From positions 19,103 to 83,102 of the forward strand of contig DGRR01000219.1 of NCBI GenBank assembly GCA_002389995.1: a stretch of 64,000 bases of DNA, given 5' to 3'. Of this stretch, positions 1-10,148 are shown piece by piece. The notes under the pieces were generated by a model. The model was given only the letters and a program-made list of their open reading frames with translations. It was not told the origin of the DNA and searched no databases. A program made the translations under genes and the position numbers. This stretch comes from Ruminococcus sp. UBA4383 (lineage in GTDB: Bacteria; Bacillota; Clostridia; Oscillospirales; Ruminococcaceae). Positions within the stretch are counted from its first letter, which is position 1. Every line of letters starts with the position of its first letter.

Positions 1-477
1 ATGGGCTGCGGAAAATCAACTGTCGGAAAACTTGCCGCAAAAAAACTCGGCTGCGGTTTTTTCGATACAGATGAACTAATAGTCGAAAGGGAAAATATGT
101 CAATACCCGAAATATTCGCTCAGAAAGGTGAAGCTTATTTCCGCAGAACCGAGGCTGATGTTGTAAAATCTGTCTGCGGTAAAACTGCCGTCATAGCCTG
201 CGGAGGCGGTGCTATGCTCAACCCCGAAAGTGCAAAGTCTGCCGCAGATGCAGGCGCAGTCGTGTTCCTTGATGTGGATTTCGATACCTGCTACGAAAGA
301 ATCTGCGGAGATTCAAACAGACCTATTGCCGCATCTTCATCAAAAGAGGAACTCCTTGAAAGATTTAACGCAAGACATGAAATATATCTCAGACATTCAA
401 CAATCCATATCGAAAGTTCGGGAAGTCCCGTCCAGATTTCAGATATGATTGTGTCATCGGTAAAAAATTATAAATAA
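1..477 (+). CDS. aroK: Shikimate kinase (N-terminus probably cut by the window edge)
   Basis: Walker A MGCGKST, DTD, GEAYFR, ACGGG and RP lid motifs; the usual strand before the P-loop is absent, so the start is likely upstream. Confidence 0.93.
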   Translation: MGCGKSTVGKLAAKKLGCGFFDTDELIVERENMSIPEIFAQKGEAYFRRTEADVVKSVCGKTAVIACGGGAMLNPESAKSAADAGAVVFLDVDFDTCYERICGDSNRPIAASSSKEELLERFNARHEIYLRHSTIHIESSGSPVQISDMIVSSVKNYK

Positions 478-492
478 TAGATTGGAGATTAT

Positions 493-1665
493 ATGCTGAT
501 TTATAATGCCGAAATTTATACAATGGACAAAAAAGGTATCATCAGAAACGGCTATATCGAAACCGAAAACAAAAAAATAATATCAGTCGGAGAAGGTATG
601 CCCGAAAATATCCCTGATGACAGCATTGACGCAAAAGGCGGAAAATTACTCCCCTGCTTCATAGACGCTCATACTCACCTCGGCATAATTGAGGACGGTC
701 TTGACTTTGAGGGCGATGACTGCAACGAATCTACTGACCCCTTTACTCCCCAGATGAGAGCAATAGACGGTATAAATCCCTTTGACAGATGCTTTGAAGA
801 AGCCCGTATGAGAGGTATCTCCGCCGCTGCTGTATGCCCAGGAAGCGCAAATCCCTGCGGAGGTGAAATATGCGTTATCAAAACTGTCGGCAGACGTGTT
901 GACGATATGCTCATCAAAAACTGCGGTATAAAATTCGCCCTCGGTGAAAATCCAAAGCGTGTGTACAATGACAAGTCAGAAACCCCTGTAACCCGTATGG
1001 CTACCGCTGCAATTATCCGTGAGGGGCTTTACAAGGCAAGAAGATATTTCCACGATATGAACAGCTACTATGCAGATGATGAGGACTGCGACCCGCCTGA
1101 ATATGATATCAAGTGCGAAGCTTTAATGCAGTTGCTCGACCGCAGACAAAAAGCATTTTTCCACTGTCACCGTGCAGACGATATATGCACTGCCATGAGA
1201 CTTGCAAAAGAGTTTTCCCTCGATGCAGTCATAATTCACGGCACTGAATCATATAAAATTGCAGATATCATCGCAGAAGAAGAAATCCCCGTCATATGCG
1301 GTCCGCTGATATGCGACAGGTGCAAACCCGAAATGAAAGGGCTTGAACTCAGAAATGCCGCCGTATGCCACGAAAATAACGTTAAAATTTCAATATGCAC
1401 AGACCATACCGTTATTCCGATACAATATCTTCCGCTCTCGGCACAGGCTGCCGTCAAAGGCGGTCTCGACAGCTATGAGGCTCTTAAAGCCATAACAATA
1501 AATGCCGCTGAAATCCTCGGCACAGATGAATTTCACGGCTCACTCACACCCGAAAAAGATGCCGATATTCAGCTTTATCCGCAAGGACAAGACCCCCTCG
1601 ACCTTATGTCCGAACCGTGTCTCGTCATGATAAACGGCGATATTTGCAGGAGAGATAATATATGA
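493..1665 (+). CDS. Metal-dependent amidohydrolase
   Basis: IDAHTHLG metal motif, KFALGENPK, HCHRADD, CTDH; RBS GGAG. Confidence 0.88.
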   Translation: MLIYNAEIYTMDKKGIIRNGYIETENKKIISVGEGMPENIPDDSIDAKGGKLLPCFIDAHTHLGIIEDGLDFEGDDCNESTDPFTPQMRAIDGINPFDRCFEEARMRGISAAAVCPGSANPCGGEICVIKTVGRRVDDMLIKNCGIKFALGENPKRVYNDKSETPVTRMATAAIIREGLYKARRYFHDMNSYYADDEDCDPPEYDIKCEALMQLLDRRQKAFFHCHRADDICTAMRLAKEFSLDAVIIHGTESYKIADIIAEEEIPVICGPLICDRCKPEMKGLELRNAAVCHENNVKISICTDHTVIPIQYLPLSAQAAVKGGLDSYEALKAITINAAEILGTDEFHGSLTPEKDADIQLYPQGQDPLDLMSEPCLVMINGDICRRDNI

Positions 1666-2579
1666 AACAAAAAATTACAACAGGAATTATAACCGTTCTC
1701 CTGATGTCCGTACTGCCGATTAACAGCGTTTATGCGGCTGAATCATACAATATGGCGGATATTGACGGATACACGGCTGTTTATTTCCTTGACGAAAATT
1801 CAGATGCGGTTGTCACAGAAATAAGAGGAGATTTTTCCGAAATAAATATCCCTCGGCAGATAGACGGTCACAATGTAACAGGAATTGACAGATATGCATT
1901 TTTTGAAAATACACAGCTTGTCTCGGTAAGTCTCCCCGATACAGTACAGACAATAGGCGACTATGCATTTTCAGGCTGTCTTTCGCTCGAAAATATAAAT
2001 ATCCCCGAAAATCTCAGTTCACTCGGAAAAGCCTGTTTCATGAGCTGCATATCACTCGGAAGTATCGCAATAAACGGAAATTTAAAGGAAATCCCCGAAA
2101 ACTGCTTTGCATCATGCACTAAACTCAGCTATGCGGATATTCCCTTTTCTGTAACCGATATAGGCGAAAAGGCTTTTTTCGGCTGTACATCTCTCGGTGA
2201 TATCGCACTGCACAGCAATATAACAAGTTTTGCGGATTCGTGCATAGGTGCTTATTCAGATGCAAGGTCGGGAATAATCTATAAAAAAGATTTTACCATA
2301 ATGGCTGAAAAAAATTCCCCCGCAGAAAATTATGCCTCCGAACATTCCCTCAGTTTCAGGGAAATAATAAAAGGCGATATAAACGGAGACAGTATAATTG
2401 ATTCGGGTGACGCTTCCTCAATACTTGCGGAATATTCAAAACTTTCCACAAAATCTCCGCTTACATTCAGGTCATGGCAGAAAATCGCCGCTGATACCGA
2501 CAATAATTTTTCAATAAATTCCTCGGACGCTTCCGAAGTGCTTAAAATGTATGCACTCAACCAGACAGGCAGTAATTAA
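1662..2579 (+). CDS. Secreted BspA-type leucine-rich-repeat protein with C-terminal dockerin
   Basis: Signal peptide; repeats such as LPDTVQTIGDYAFSGCLSL; paired Ca-binding segments GDINGDSIIDSGDAS and ADTDNNFSINSSDAS. Confidence 0.88.
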   Translation: MKQKITTGIITVLLMSVLPINSVYAAESYNMADIDGYTAVYFLDENSDAVVTEIRGDFSEINIPRQIDGHNVTGIDRYAFFENTQLVSVSLPDTVQTIGDYAFSGCLSLENINIPENLSSLGKACFMSCISLGSIAINGNLKEIPENCFASCTKLSYADIPFSVTDIGEKAFFGCTSLGDIALHSNITSFADSCIGAYSDARSGIIYKKDFTIMAEKNSPAENYASEHSLSFREIIKGDINGDSIIDSGDASSILAEYSKLSTKSPLTFRSWQKIAADTDNNFSINSSDASEVLKMYALNQTGSN

Positions 2580-2642
2580 TTTTTGCCAAATATCAACAGC
2601 TTTTTTCAGTTTTTTTCTATATCCTGATTAAGCAATAAGCTA

Positions 2643-2671
2643 TTGACACTTTCAAGAAAAAATAGTATCAT
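2643..2671 (+). promoter_or_regulatory. Sigma-A promoter of guaB
   Basis: TTGACA-17 nt-TATCAT. Confidence 0.7.
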
Positions 2672-2690
2672 ATAAGATAATAACTTTTAA

Positions 2691-4181
<1,491 letters not shown>

Positions 4182-4187
4182 TAAAAC

Positions 4188-4224
4188 AACGGGGAAAATC
4201 CACAGAAAGATTTTCCCCGTTTAT
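4188..4224 (+). terminator. Intrinsic terminator after guaB
   Basis: AACGGGGAAAATC / GATTTTCCCCGTT inverted repeat followed by T-rich tail. Confidence 0.8.
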
Positions 4225-4257
4225 TCTGTAAAAAAGACTGCCGAAAGGAAAGATTCA

Positions 4258-5034
4258 ATGAAAGATATATTGCTTGTTCTGTCAGTAACCGCTCTGGCTT
4301 TCCTTTATTCCTGCGGACAGGAGGAAAAACAGCAGCAATATCCCTATACCCCCGAATATCTTGAATATACTACCGAAACTACTCTCCCCATGACTTCCGT
4401 TGTCCCCGAAACTACCGCCCTCAATCCCGAAACTCCGATAAATTTAATGACAACTTCCGTCGGGTCAGGGCTTGCGTCCGATACCTCAACTTCCGATACT
4501 TCATCATCTTCATTATCCGAACAGTCCGTGACTACTGTCGCAGTACAGACGGAAGTTATAAAAGGTGTAAGTGCGGATAATTACAATGCGGAAGATATGG
4601 CGAAATATTTCAAGGAAAACAATGCCCCCCATTTCGGTGAATATGTCATAAGAACCACAAAAGACGACTCCAACCTCGGAAAAGATGACTCCTATACCTC
4701 AAAAGTAAGTTTCCGTGTGGAAAGCGTGAAATATAACAAGAATGACCCCTATGACGGTTCTGTTGAAGTATACAGGACACTTGAAGATGCTGATGAACAG
4801 TACAAGTATTACCGCAATATGTACCGCAACAAACCTGTATATTCAGAATATCTTTTCAAGAAAGACCGTATGCTTATAAGAATGAAATTTGATGTAGATG
4901 CATCTGATGAAGAAATATATGAGAATTTAATGACTGAATTTTTTGAAAAGCTTCACAGTGTAATCTGTCCGAAATGCGGTGAAATAATACCTGATGACAG
5001 TATCTACTGCAAATTCTGCGGAACTCGGCAATAA
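4258..5034 (+). CDS. Putative lipoprotein with Ser/Thr-rich linker and C-terminal zinc ribbon
   Basis: Lipobox-like LYSC; S/T-rich segment; terminal CPKC...CKFCG. Confidence 0.7.
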   Translation: MKDILLVLSVTALAFLYSCGQEEKQQQYPYTPEYLEYTTETTLPMTSVVPETTALNPETPINLMTTSVGSGLASDTSTSDTSSSSLSEQSVTTVAVQTEVIKGVSADNYNAEDMAKYFKENNAPHFGEYVIRTTKDDSNLGKDDSYTSKVSFRVESVKYNKNDPYDGSVEVYRTLEDADEQYKYYRNMYRNKPVYSEYLFKKDRMLIRMKFDVDASDEEIYENLMTEFFEKLHSVICPKCGEIIPDDSIYCKFCGTRQ

Positions 5035-5064
5035 AAAAGACGCTCACAGTGAGCGTCTTTTATT
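5033..5064. terminator. Bidirectional terminator
   Basis: AAAAGACGCTCAC / GTGAGCGTCTTTT between convergent genes. Confidence 0.85.
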
Positions 5065-6867
5065 TTAATCTGAAATCTTTGCAGTTCCGAGTTTTGAGAA
5101 ATACTGTTCTGAATACTGATGATATTCTTTTTGGAAAGTCTCATCATTTTCCTTTATATCGTGGAGGTATGCATGAATATTTGTTTTCTCATCGGTTTCG
5201 ATAAGTATGCCTGCGATATTTGAGCAGTGGTCTGAAATTCTTTCAAGGTTTGTAAGGATATCCTGAAAGATATATCCGAGTTCAACGGTACATTCACCGT
5301 TCCGGAGTCTGTTTATATGTCTGTTTTTGAGTTCAATGCTGAGGTTATCGACAACTTCCTCGATAGGCTCGACTTTATGGGCGAGGGCGAGGTCATTGGT
5401 TATATAGGCATTGAAAGCCTTTTCGATACTTTCGCCTATTGCCTCATTTATAACGGAAATTTCGTTGATACATTCGGGGGAGAAGGAAATACCTTTTTCG
5501 TGCATTTCCTGAGCTGATTCGATAAGGTTTACGGCATGGTCTGAAATTCTCTCGAAATTTCCGACACAGTGCATCATTTTTGATACTTTACGGCTGTCTG
5601 TTCCTGTAACGCTTGCCTTTGAAATTTTGACGAGGTAGCTGTTAATCTGGTCCTCATACATATCAATGATATCTTCTTTTTCGATAACGTCATTTGCGGT
5701 TTTCTCGTCATAATTACTGGAGAGAAGTCCGAGAGCCTCTGTTATGGCATCTCTTGTGATATTCACCATATCTATTGTAGCGTTACGGCATACTTCAACG
5801 GCAACAGAGGGAGTTTTGAAGAAACGGGGGTCAAGACCTGCAACCTTGGGGACTTCTGCTTCTTCCTTGTCGGAAGGCTTGTCACGGACAATAAGGCGTG
5901 AAAGTTTCACAAGCTGTTTTGTGAAAGGCAGAAGCATAAGTGTTATGGAGACATTGAATATTGTATGCATTGCGGCAATTCCGACAGAATTGACAGCTTT
6001 ATCCATGATTGAAAGGTCAACGACATCTTCAAGGATTATCACAAGCGGAAGAAGAATCAGTGTTCCTATGATTTTTATGAGAACGTGTATGCAGGCAACT
6101 CTTTTAGCGTCCTTACTTACGCCTATACTTGAAAGGAGTGCAGTAACACAGGTACCTATATTAAGACCCATGATTATAGGGAGAGCCATACCGTAAGTAA
6201 GACCGCCGACCTGAGAGAAAGCCATTAATATTCCGATAGATGCGGCTGAACTCTGAATAATACCTGTAAAGCCTGCGCCTACTACTACGCCGAGTACGGG
6301 GTTATTGAAAGCTGTGAGAGTTTTCTGAAATTCAGGTGACTGTGCAAGTGGTTTTACAGAACCTGACATAAGCGACATACCTGTCATGAGGACGGCAAAA
6401 CCGACTAAAATTCTGCCTATATCCTTATGTTTGTTTTTCTTTGCCGATAAAATCAGCAGCGTACCGATAAGGGCAAGGACAGGTGAAAAAGTTTCGGGCT
6501 TGAGCATTTTAAGAATCATACTGCCCTTTGCGTCCAAGTCGCCCAGACACAGAATCCATGCTGTAAAGGTAGTACCTATATCCGAACCGAAACAGACGGC
6601 TATTGTCTGTTCAAGCTGCATGATACCTGAGTTTACGAAACCGACAAGCATTACAGTCATGGCTGATGAGGACTGAATAGCTATTGTGACGACCATTCCG
6701 AGAATGATACTGACGATTTTGTTTGAGGTCATTTTTTTCAGGGCGACTTCGAGTTTACCGCCCGTGAGTTTTTCAAGACCTGTGGACATTACATTCATAC
6801 CGTAGAGGAAAAACGCAAGTCCGCCGAGCATAGTGATGATGTTGAAAACCGAAAATTCTGTATCCAT
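5065..6867 (-). CDS. Na+/phosphate cotransporter with PhoU-like C-terminal domains
   Basis: Two QSSSA/QSSAA motifs, GLNIGT, two ERISDH PhoU repeats. Confidence 0.93.
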   Translation of the reverse strand: MDTEFSVFNIITMLGGLAFFLYGMNVMSTGLEKLTGGKLEVALKKMTSNKIVSIILGMVVTIAIQSSSAMTVMLVGFVNSGIMQLEQTIAVCFGSDIGTTFTAWILCLGDLDAKGSMILKMLKPETFSPVLALIGTLLILSAKKNKHKDIGRILVGFAVLMTGMSLMSGSVKPLAQSPEFQKTLTAFNNPVLGVVVGAGFTGIIQSSAASIGILMAFSQVGGLTYGMALPIIMGLNIGTCVTALLSSIGVSKDAKRVACIHVLIKIIGTLILLPLVIILEDVVDLSIMDKAVNSVGIAAMHTIFNVSITLMLLPFTKQLVKLSRLIVRDKPSDKEEAEVPKVAGLDPRFFKTPSVAVEVCRNATIDMVNITRDAITEALGLLSSNYDEKTANDVIEKEDIIDMYEDQINSYLVKISKASVTGTDSRKVSKMMHCVGNFERISDHAVNLIESAQEMHEKGISFSPECINEISVINEAIGESIEKAFNAYITNDLALAHKVEPIEEVVDNLSIELKNRHINRLRNGECTVELGYIFQDILTNLERISDHCSNIAGILIETDEKTNIHAYLHDIKENDETFQKEYHQYSEQYFSKLGTAKISD

Positions 6868-6940
6868 AATAGCTAACTCCTTGAATCAAGCCTGCCCCTT
6901 TACAGGCTTTAATATTATCCCAATTCTTTATCTCAGTGAC

Positions 6941-6969
6941 ATTATATCATATAAGACATGATTTGTCAA
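6941..6969 (-). promoter_or_regulatory. Consensus sigma-A promoter of the Na/Pi transporter
   Basis: TTGACA-17 nt-TATAAT on the minus strand. Confidence 0.8.
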
Positions 6970-7004
6970 GATACTAAAAAAATTTTCCGAAAAAAATCCC
7001 CCTG

Positions 7005-7898
7005 TCATGAGGAGGATTCTTTATTGTCCTTTGTCAAAGCCCTTATTGTATACCATATACAGACTGCCGTAAGCACTATATAAGGCACACTGCACCAGAG
7101 TATTTCGGTCATAGGGGAGCTTTTTATTTCGCTGAAAAGTGCGCTGAATATTTTCTGATTGTCCTGAACCGTATGCACGATATAGTCAAGTCTCACAGCG
7201 AGGTACAGGACTGACGGCAGACAGTAAACAGGCATGATAAAGATATGATATTTTTTGGGATTCTTATATTCGACCAGAATTACAAGCATAAAGTGTATGA
7301 CTGCAACAAATGAAAATATATTCATCAGCAGTATAAAGCCAATTTCAGCAAATACAAGTCCGAAACTGCGGTCATATTCATATTCGTAGGACAGTTTGTT
7401 TTCGGTATTGCTGTACTGTATGGGGGATTTAATATAGCAGTTATTTTTCGATATCAAATCATATTCCTGAGATACGGATAAAATATTCCCTTCGGTATCG
7501 AGGAAAGCTATTTTAAATTTCCTGTAATTTTCGCACAGGTTTTTAAATTCATATTTACCGTTGAGATATATTTCCGTAACGGTCATACCGTCTTTTTCTG
7601 ATATTATGTAATCGCTGAGGGGATAATGGCAAATCATGCTGACATAGCCGTTTTCTTTATAATTATAAATCTCGGTATCACGCATATATTCGGGAGATTT
7701 CCCCTTAAACGGCTGATGAAAAAAAGTTTTTGTATCGAGATATTTTATATCATCTTCATTCATGGGGATAAGGATATCAATTATTTTCCCGTCCATGAAA
7801 TCCTTATCAGCAATTATATCTGTCTCATACTTAGCATGACAGCCTGTAAGCATGAACATCATGACAAGCAATATCCCGAATTTTAAAAATTTTTTCAT
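7005..7898 (-). CDS. Hypothetical lipoprotein-like membrane protein
   Basis: LTGC lipobox and about three C-terminal hydrophobic segments; start overlaps the stop of the upstream gene. Confidence 0.65.
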   Translation of the reverse strand: MKKFLKFGILLVMMFMLTGCHAKYETDIIADKDFMDGKIIDILIPMNEDDIKYLDTKTFFHQPFKGKSPEYMRDTEIYNYKENGYVSMICHYPLSDYIISEKDGMTVTEIYLNGKYEFKNLCENYRKFKIAFLDTEGNILSVSQEYDLISKNNCYIKSPIQYSNTENKLSYEYEYDRSFGLVFAEIGFILLMNIFSFVAVIHFMLVILVEYKNPKKYHIFIMPVYCLPSVLYLAVRLDYIVHTVQDNQKIFSALFSEIKSSPMTEILWCSVPYIVLTAVCIWYTIRALTKDNKESSS

Positions 7899-9019
7899 TC
7901 AAGGTTTACAGGCAAGCCGTTTATTTCAATGGTAGGGTCATCAATATCTATCAGGAGACATTTTCTTCCGTCAATTACGCTTGTGCGGATTTTATCGGCA
8001 GCGGAGGGTTTTATATTGACGGTTATGCCTGCGGAGGCAACGACAGTCTTTGTATCTATGAGATTTGAAGCTGTAAGGGGAGCATTTCCGCAGACCTTTT
8101 CAAATACAGGCTCAGTCATTTCGATTCTTTCCTGCGGGATACCCATATCAGTGAGCATATCTTTGAGGATACCGCTGTCGATAACGGCTTTTTCGGTATT
8201 GTCCTTATTTTCGTCAACGACCTCCTGAATTTTCTCGTTTACGGTTTTGATAACCATATAGTCGAGGTCATCGCCCACCACGCCACGCAGAATACTCTGA
8301 AAGGCAGTTTTTTCGCTCTGTGCGGACATGACGAAATTACAGCCGAGAACATTTTCAACAACTGAAATATTCGGCTCTTTGATGTTTTTAGTATAGTACA
8401 TGACATGATTCACGTCAGTGCTTCTGTTGCTGAAAACGGGGTATAAAAATCCGTCTGTGGGGGCTTTGCTGACTATGAGTTCGATATTTTCCTTTTTGAA
8501 AAGTTCATTTGAATCGTTGTCGAATATAAAGCCTTCCTTACCCGTATCGGCAGGGCATATAGCTGTGAGTATGTAGCGGTATATTTCATCATCTTCGAGA
8601 AAATCGTCTTTTTTGTCTTTTCTGCGGACTGTATAGGAACAGTATGCGGTCATGACTGCAAAGGGAGTTTCTATAACGGCATTATTTGCGATATGTGCGA
8701 GAAATTCACCGCATATTTCCTCGTCCTTGAGTTCGGATTTGAGGAGTCTGTAAAGGATATCCTGTGGCTGACCCTCCTCATATGCTTCATTGGGGAACTC
8801 ATATTCCGTGAAAGCCTTTGTATTGGTACACAGTACCTTTTTCAGGGATTCCTCATAAAGGTCATGTTCCCCGACAGGCATTGTAAGGCAGGAATGTACT
8901 GCCTGACAGCGCACATTTTTATCGGAATCGACAAAGCCTGTGAGGATTCTTTCCATAATGAAGAATCCGCTTTTGTCGCTGAAATTTTTTCTTATCTCCG
9001 AAACTTCTTTCTTGTTCAT
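7895..9019 (-). CDS. DUF4317 family protein
   Basis: Family-typical start MNKKEVSEIRK, GFLYPVFSNRSTDVN, end DGRKCLLIDID..IEING; ATG 9019 follows GAGG. Confidence 0.85.
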   Translation of the reverse strand: MNKKEVSEIRKNFSDKSGFFIMERILTGFVDSDKNVRCQAVHSCLTMPVGEHDLYEESLKKVLCTNTKAFTEYEFPNEAYEEGQPQDILYRLLKSELKDEEICGEFLAHIANNAVIETPFAVMTAYCSYTVRRKDKKDDFLEDDEIYRYILTAICPADTGKEGFIFDNDSNELFKKENIELIVSKAPTDGFLYPVFSNRSTDVNHVMYYTKNIKEPNISVVENVLGCNFVMSAQSEKTAFQSILRGVVGDDLDYMVIKTVNEKIQEVVDENKDNTEKAVIDSGILKDMLTDMGIPQERIEMTEPVFEKVCGNAPLTASNLIDTKTVVASAGITVNIKPSAADKIRTSVIDGRKCLLIDIDDPTIEINGLPVNLE

Positions 9020-9104
9020 AAAAATACCTCTTTTGATAATATTTGCAGTTATGATTATATCAAAAAAATAAAAAAATGTCAAGGATATTATTGTCACTGA
9101 TTAT

Positions 9105-9133
9105 GTATTAATTTCCGTTTATGGTTAATAATA
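9105..9133 (+). promoter_or_regulatory. Possible forespore sigma-F/G-type promoter
   Basis: GTATT...GTTAATAATA resembles GYATA-N15-GGnnAnAhTr and lies upstream of a SpoIIQ-like gene. Confidence 0.3.
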
Positions 9134-9142
9134 TAAGCGGAG

Positions 9143-9922
9143 GTGTTGAAAATGAAAACGAAAAAAAATCCAAAGGGATTCTATGCCGCTCTCGGAATAA
9201 GTACTGTAATGGTAGGTTCTGCGTGTTTTTTTGCCTATCAGCAGGGAGAAAAGCTTACCAAACAGATTCTCTCCGACAAAGAATCCATGCATGAAGCCGC
9301 TGTTGACAGAAAAGTCACCGACATACCGAAAAATCCCGTCACAACTCAGAAAATAACCGAATCACCCATATGGTATACTACCGCTGTCACGCAGGAAACT
9401 ACTCTCCCCATATATATCCCCCCTGAACACGCCCTCGAAACAAATCCCCCTTCCACTACTCTCCCTGTAAATTCAGGCGGTGCAACAAGACTTGATTTTC
9501 CAAAAGCTCCCCTTGATGATATGGAAAACATCATAAATCCTTTCAGCAAAGGCGAACTCGTCAAAAATGAAACAACAGGCTCATGGCAGACACATAACGG
9601 CACGGATATCCTCGCTGAAATCGGCTCTCAGGTCTATGCAGTATCCGCAGGCGAAGTGAAATCTGTCGAAAATGACCCCATATGGGGTATAACTGTCGTG
9701 ATTGACCACCATAACGGATTTGTTTCAAGATACTGCAATCTCGCAAAGGATTTGTCCGTACAGAAAGGCGATAACCTCGTAAGCGGTGATATTATCGGAA
9801 ATGTAGGTGATACCGCAGATATAGAAAGTTCTCTCGAACCTCATCTGCATATTGAGATACTTCACAACGGAACATATCTCGACCCGATTTCATGCATATA
9901 TCCGAACACTGAAAATGAATAA
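9143..9922 (+). CDS. M23 (LytM) peptidase, SpoIIQ-like
   Basis: N-terminal TM helix, low-complexity linker, WQTHNGTD (HxxxD) and PHLHIE (HxH). Confidence 0.85.
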   Translation: MLKMKTKKNPKGFYAALGISTVMVGSACFFAYQQGEKLTKQILSDKESMHEAAVDRKVTDIPKNPVTTQKITESPIWYTTAVTQETTLPIYIPPEHALETNPPSTTLPVNSGGATRLDFPKAPLDDMENIINPFSKGELVKNETTGSWQTHNGTDILAEIGSQVYAVSAGEVKSVENDPIWGITVVIDHHNGFVSRYCNLAKDLSVQKGDNLVSGDIIGNVGDTADIESSLEPHLHIEILHNGTYLDPISCIYPNTENE

Positions 9923-9927
9923 AAAAG

Positions 9928-9960
9928 AGGGAGGGGGGCATAAAAGCCATATCCTCCCTT
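9928..9960. terminator. Probable terminator hairpin between convergent units
   Basis: AGGGAGG...CCTCCCT inverted repeat. Confidence 0.55.
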
Positions 9961-9961
9961 A

Positions 9962-10118
9962 TTCTTTGTCTTTATCTGTATCTTTATCTGTATCTTTATC
10001 TGTATCTTTTTCTGTATCTTTTTCTGTATCTTTATCTGTATCGGGTTGTTTTGCTTTACAAAATAACCATTTGCTTGTTTTTATCTTTATCTGTATCCTT
10101 ATCTTTATCTGTATCGGG
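9962..10118. repeat. Intergenic 12-bp tandem repeat (TCTTTWTCTGTA) in two blocks
   Basis: About 6 units at 9969-10042 and a second degenerate block at 10080-10115; both blocks end in TCTGTATCGGGTT. Confidence 0.9.
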
Positions 10119-10148
10119 TTTTACGGAAATAATATCTGCAATAATGAA

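Noticed and set aside
9962-10118. Possible CRISPR array or the 162-aa plus-strand ORF 9852-10340
   Set aside because: Units are 12 bp with no unique spacers and no cas genes; the ORF is the antisense reading of low-complexity repeats.
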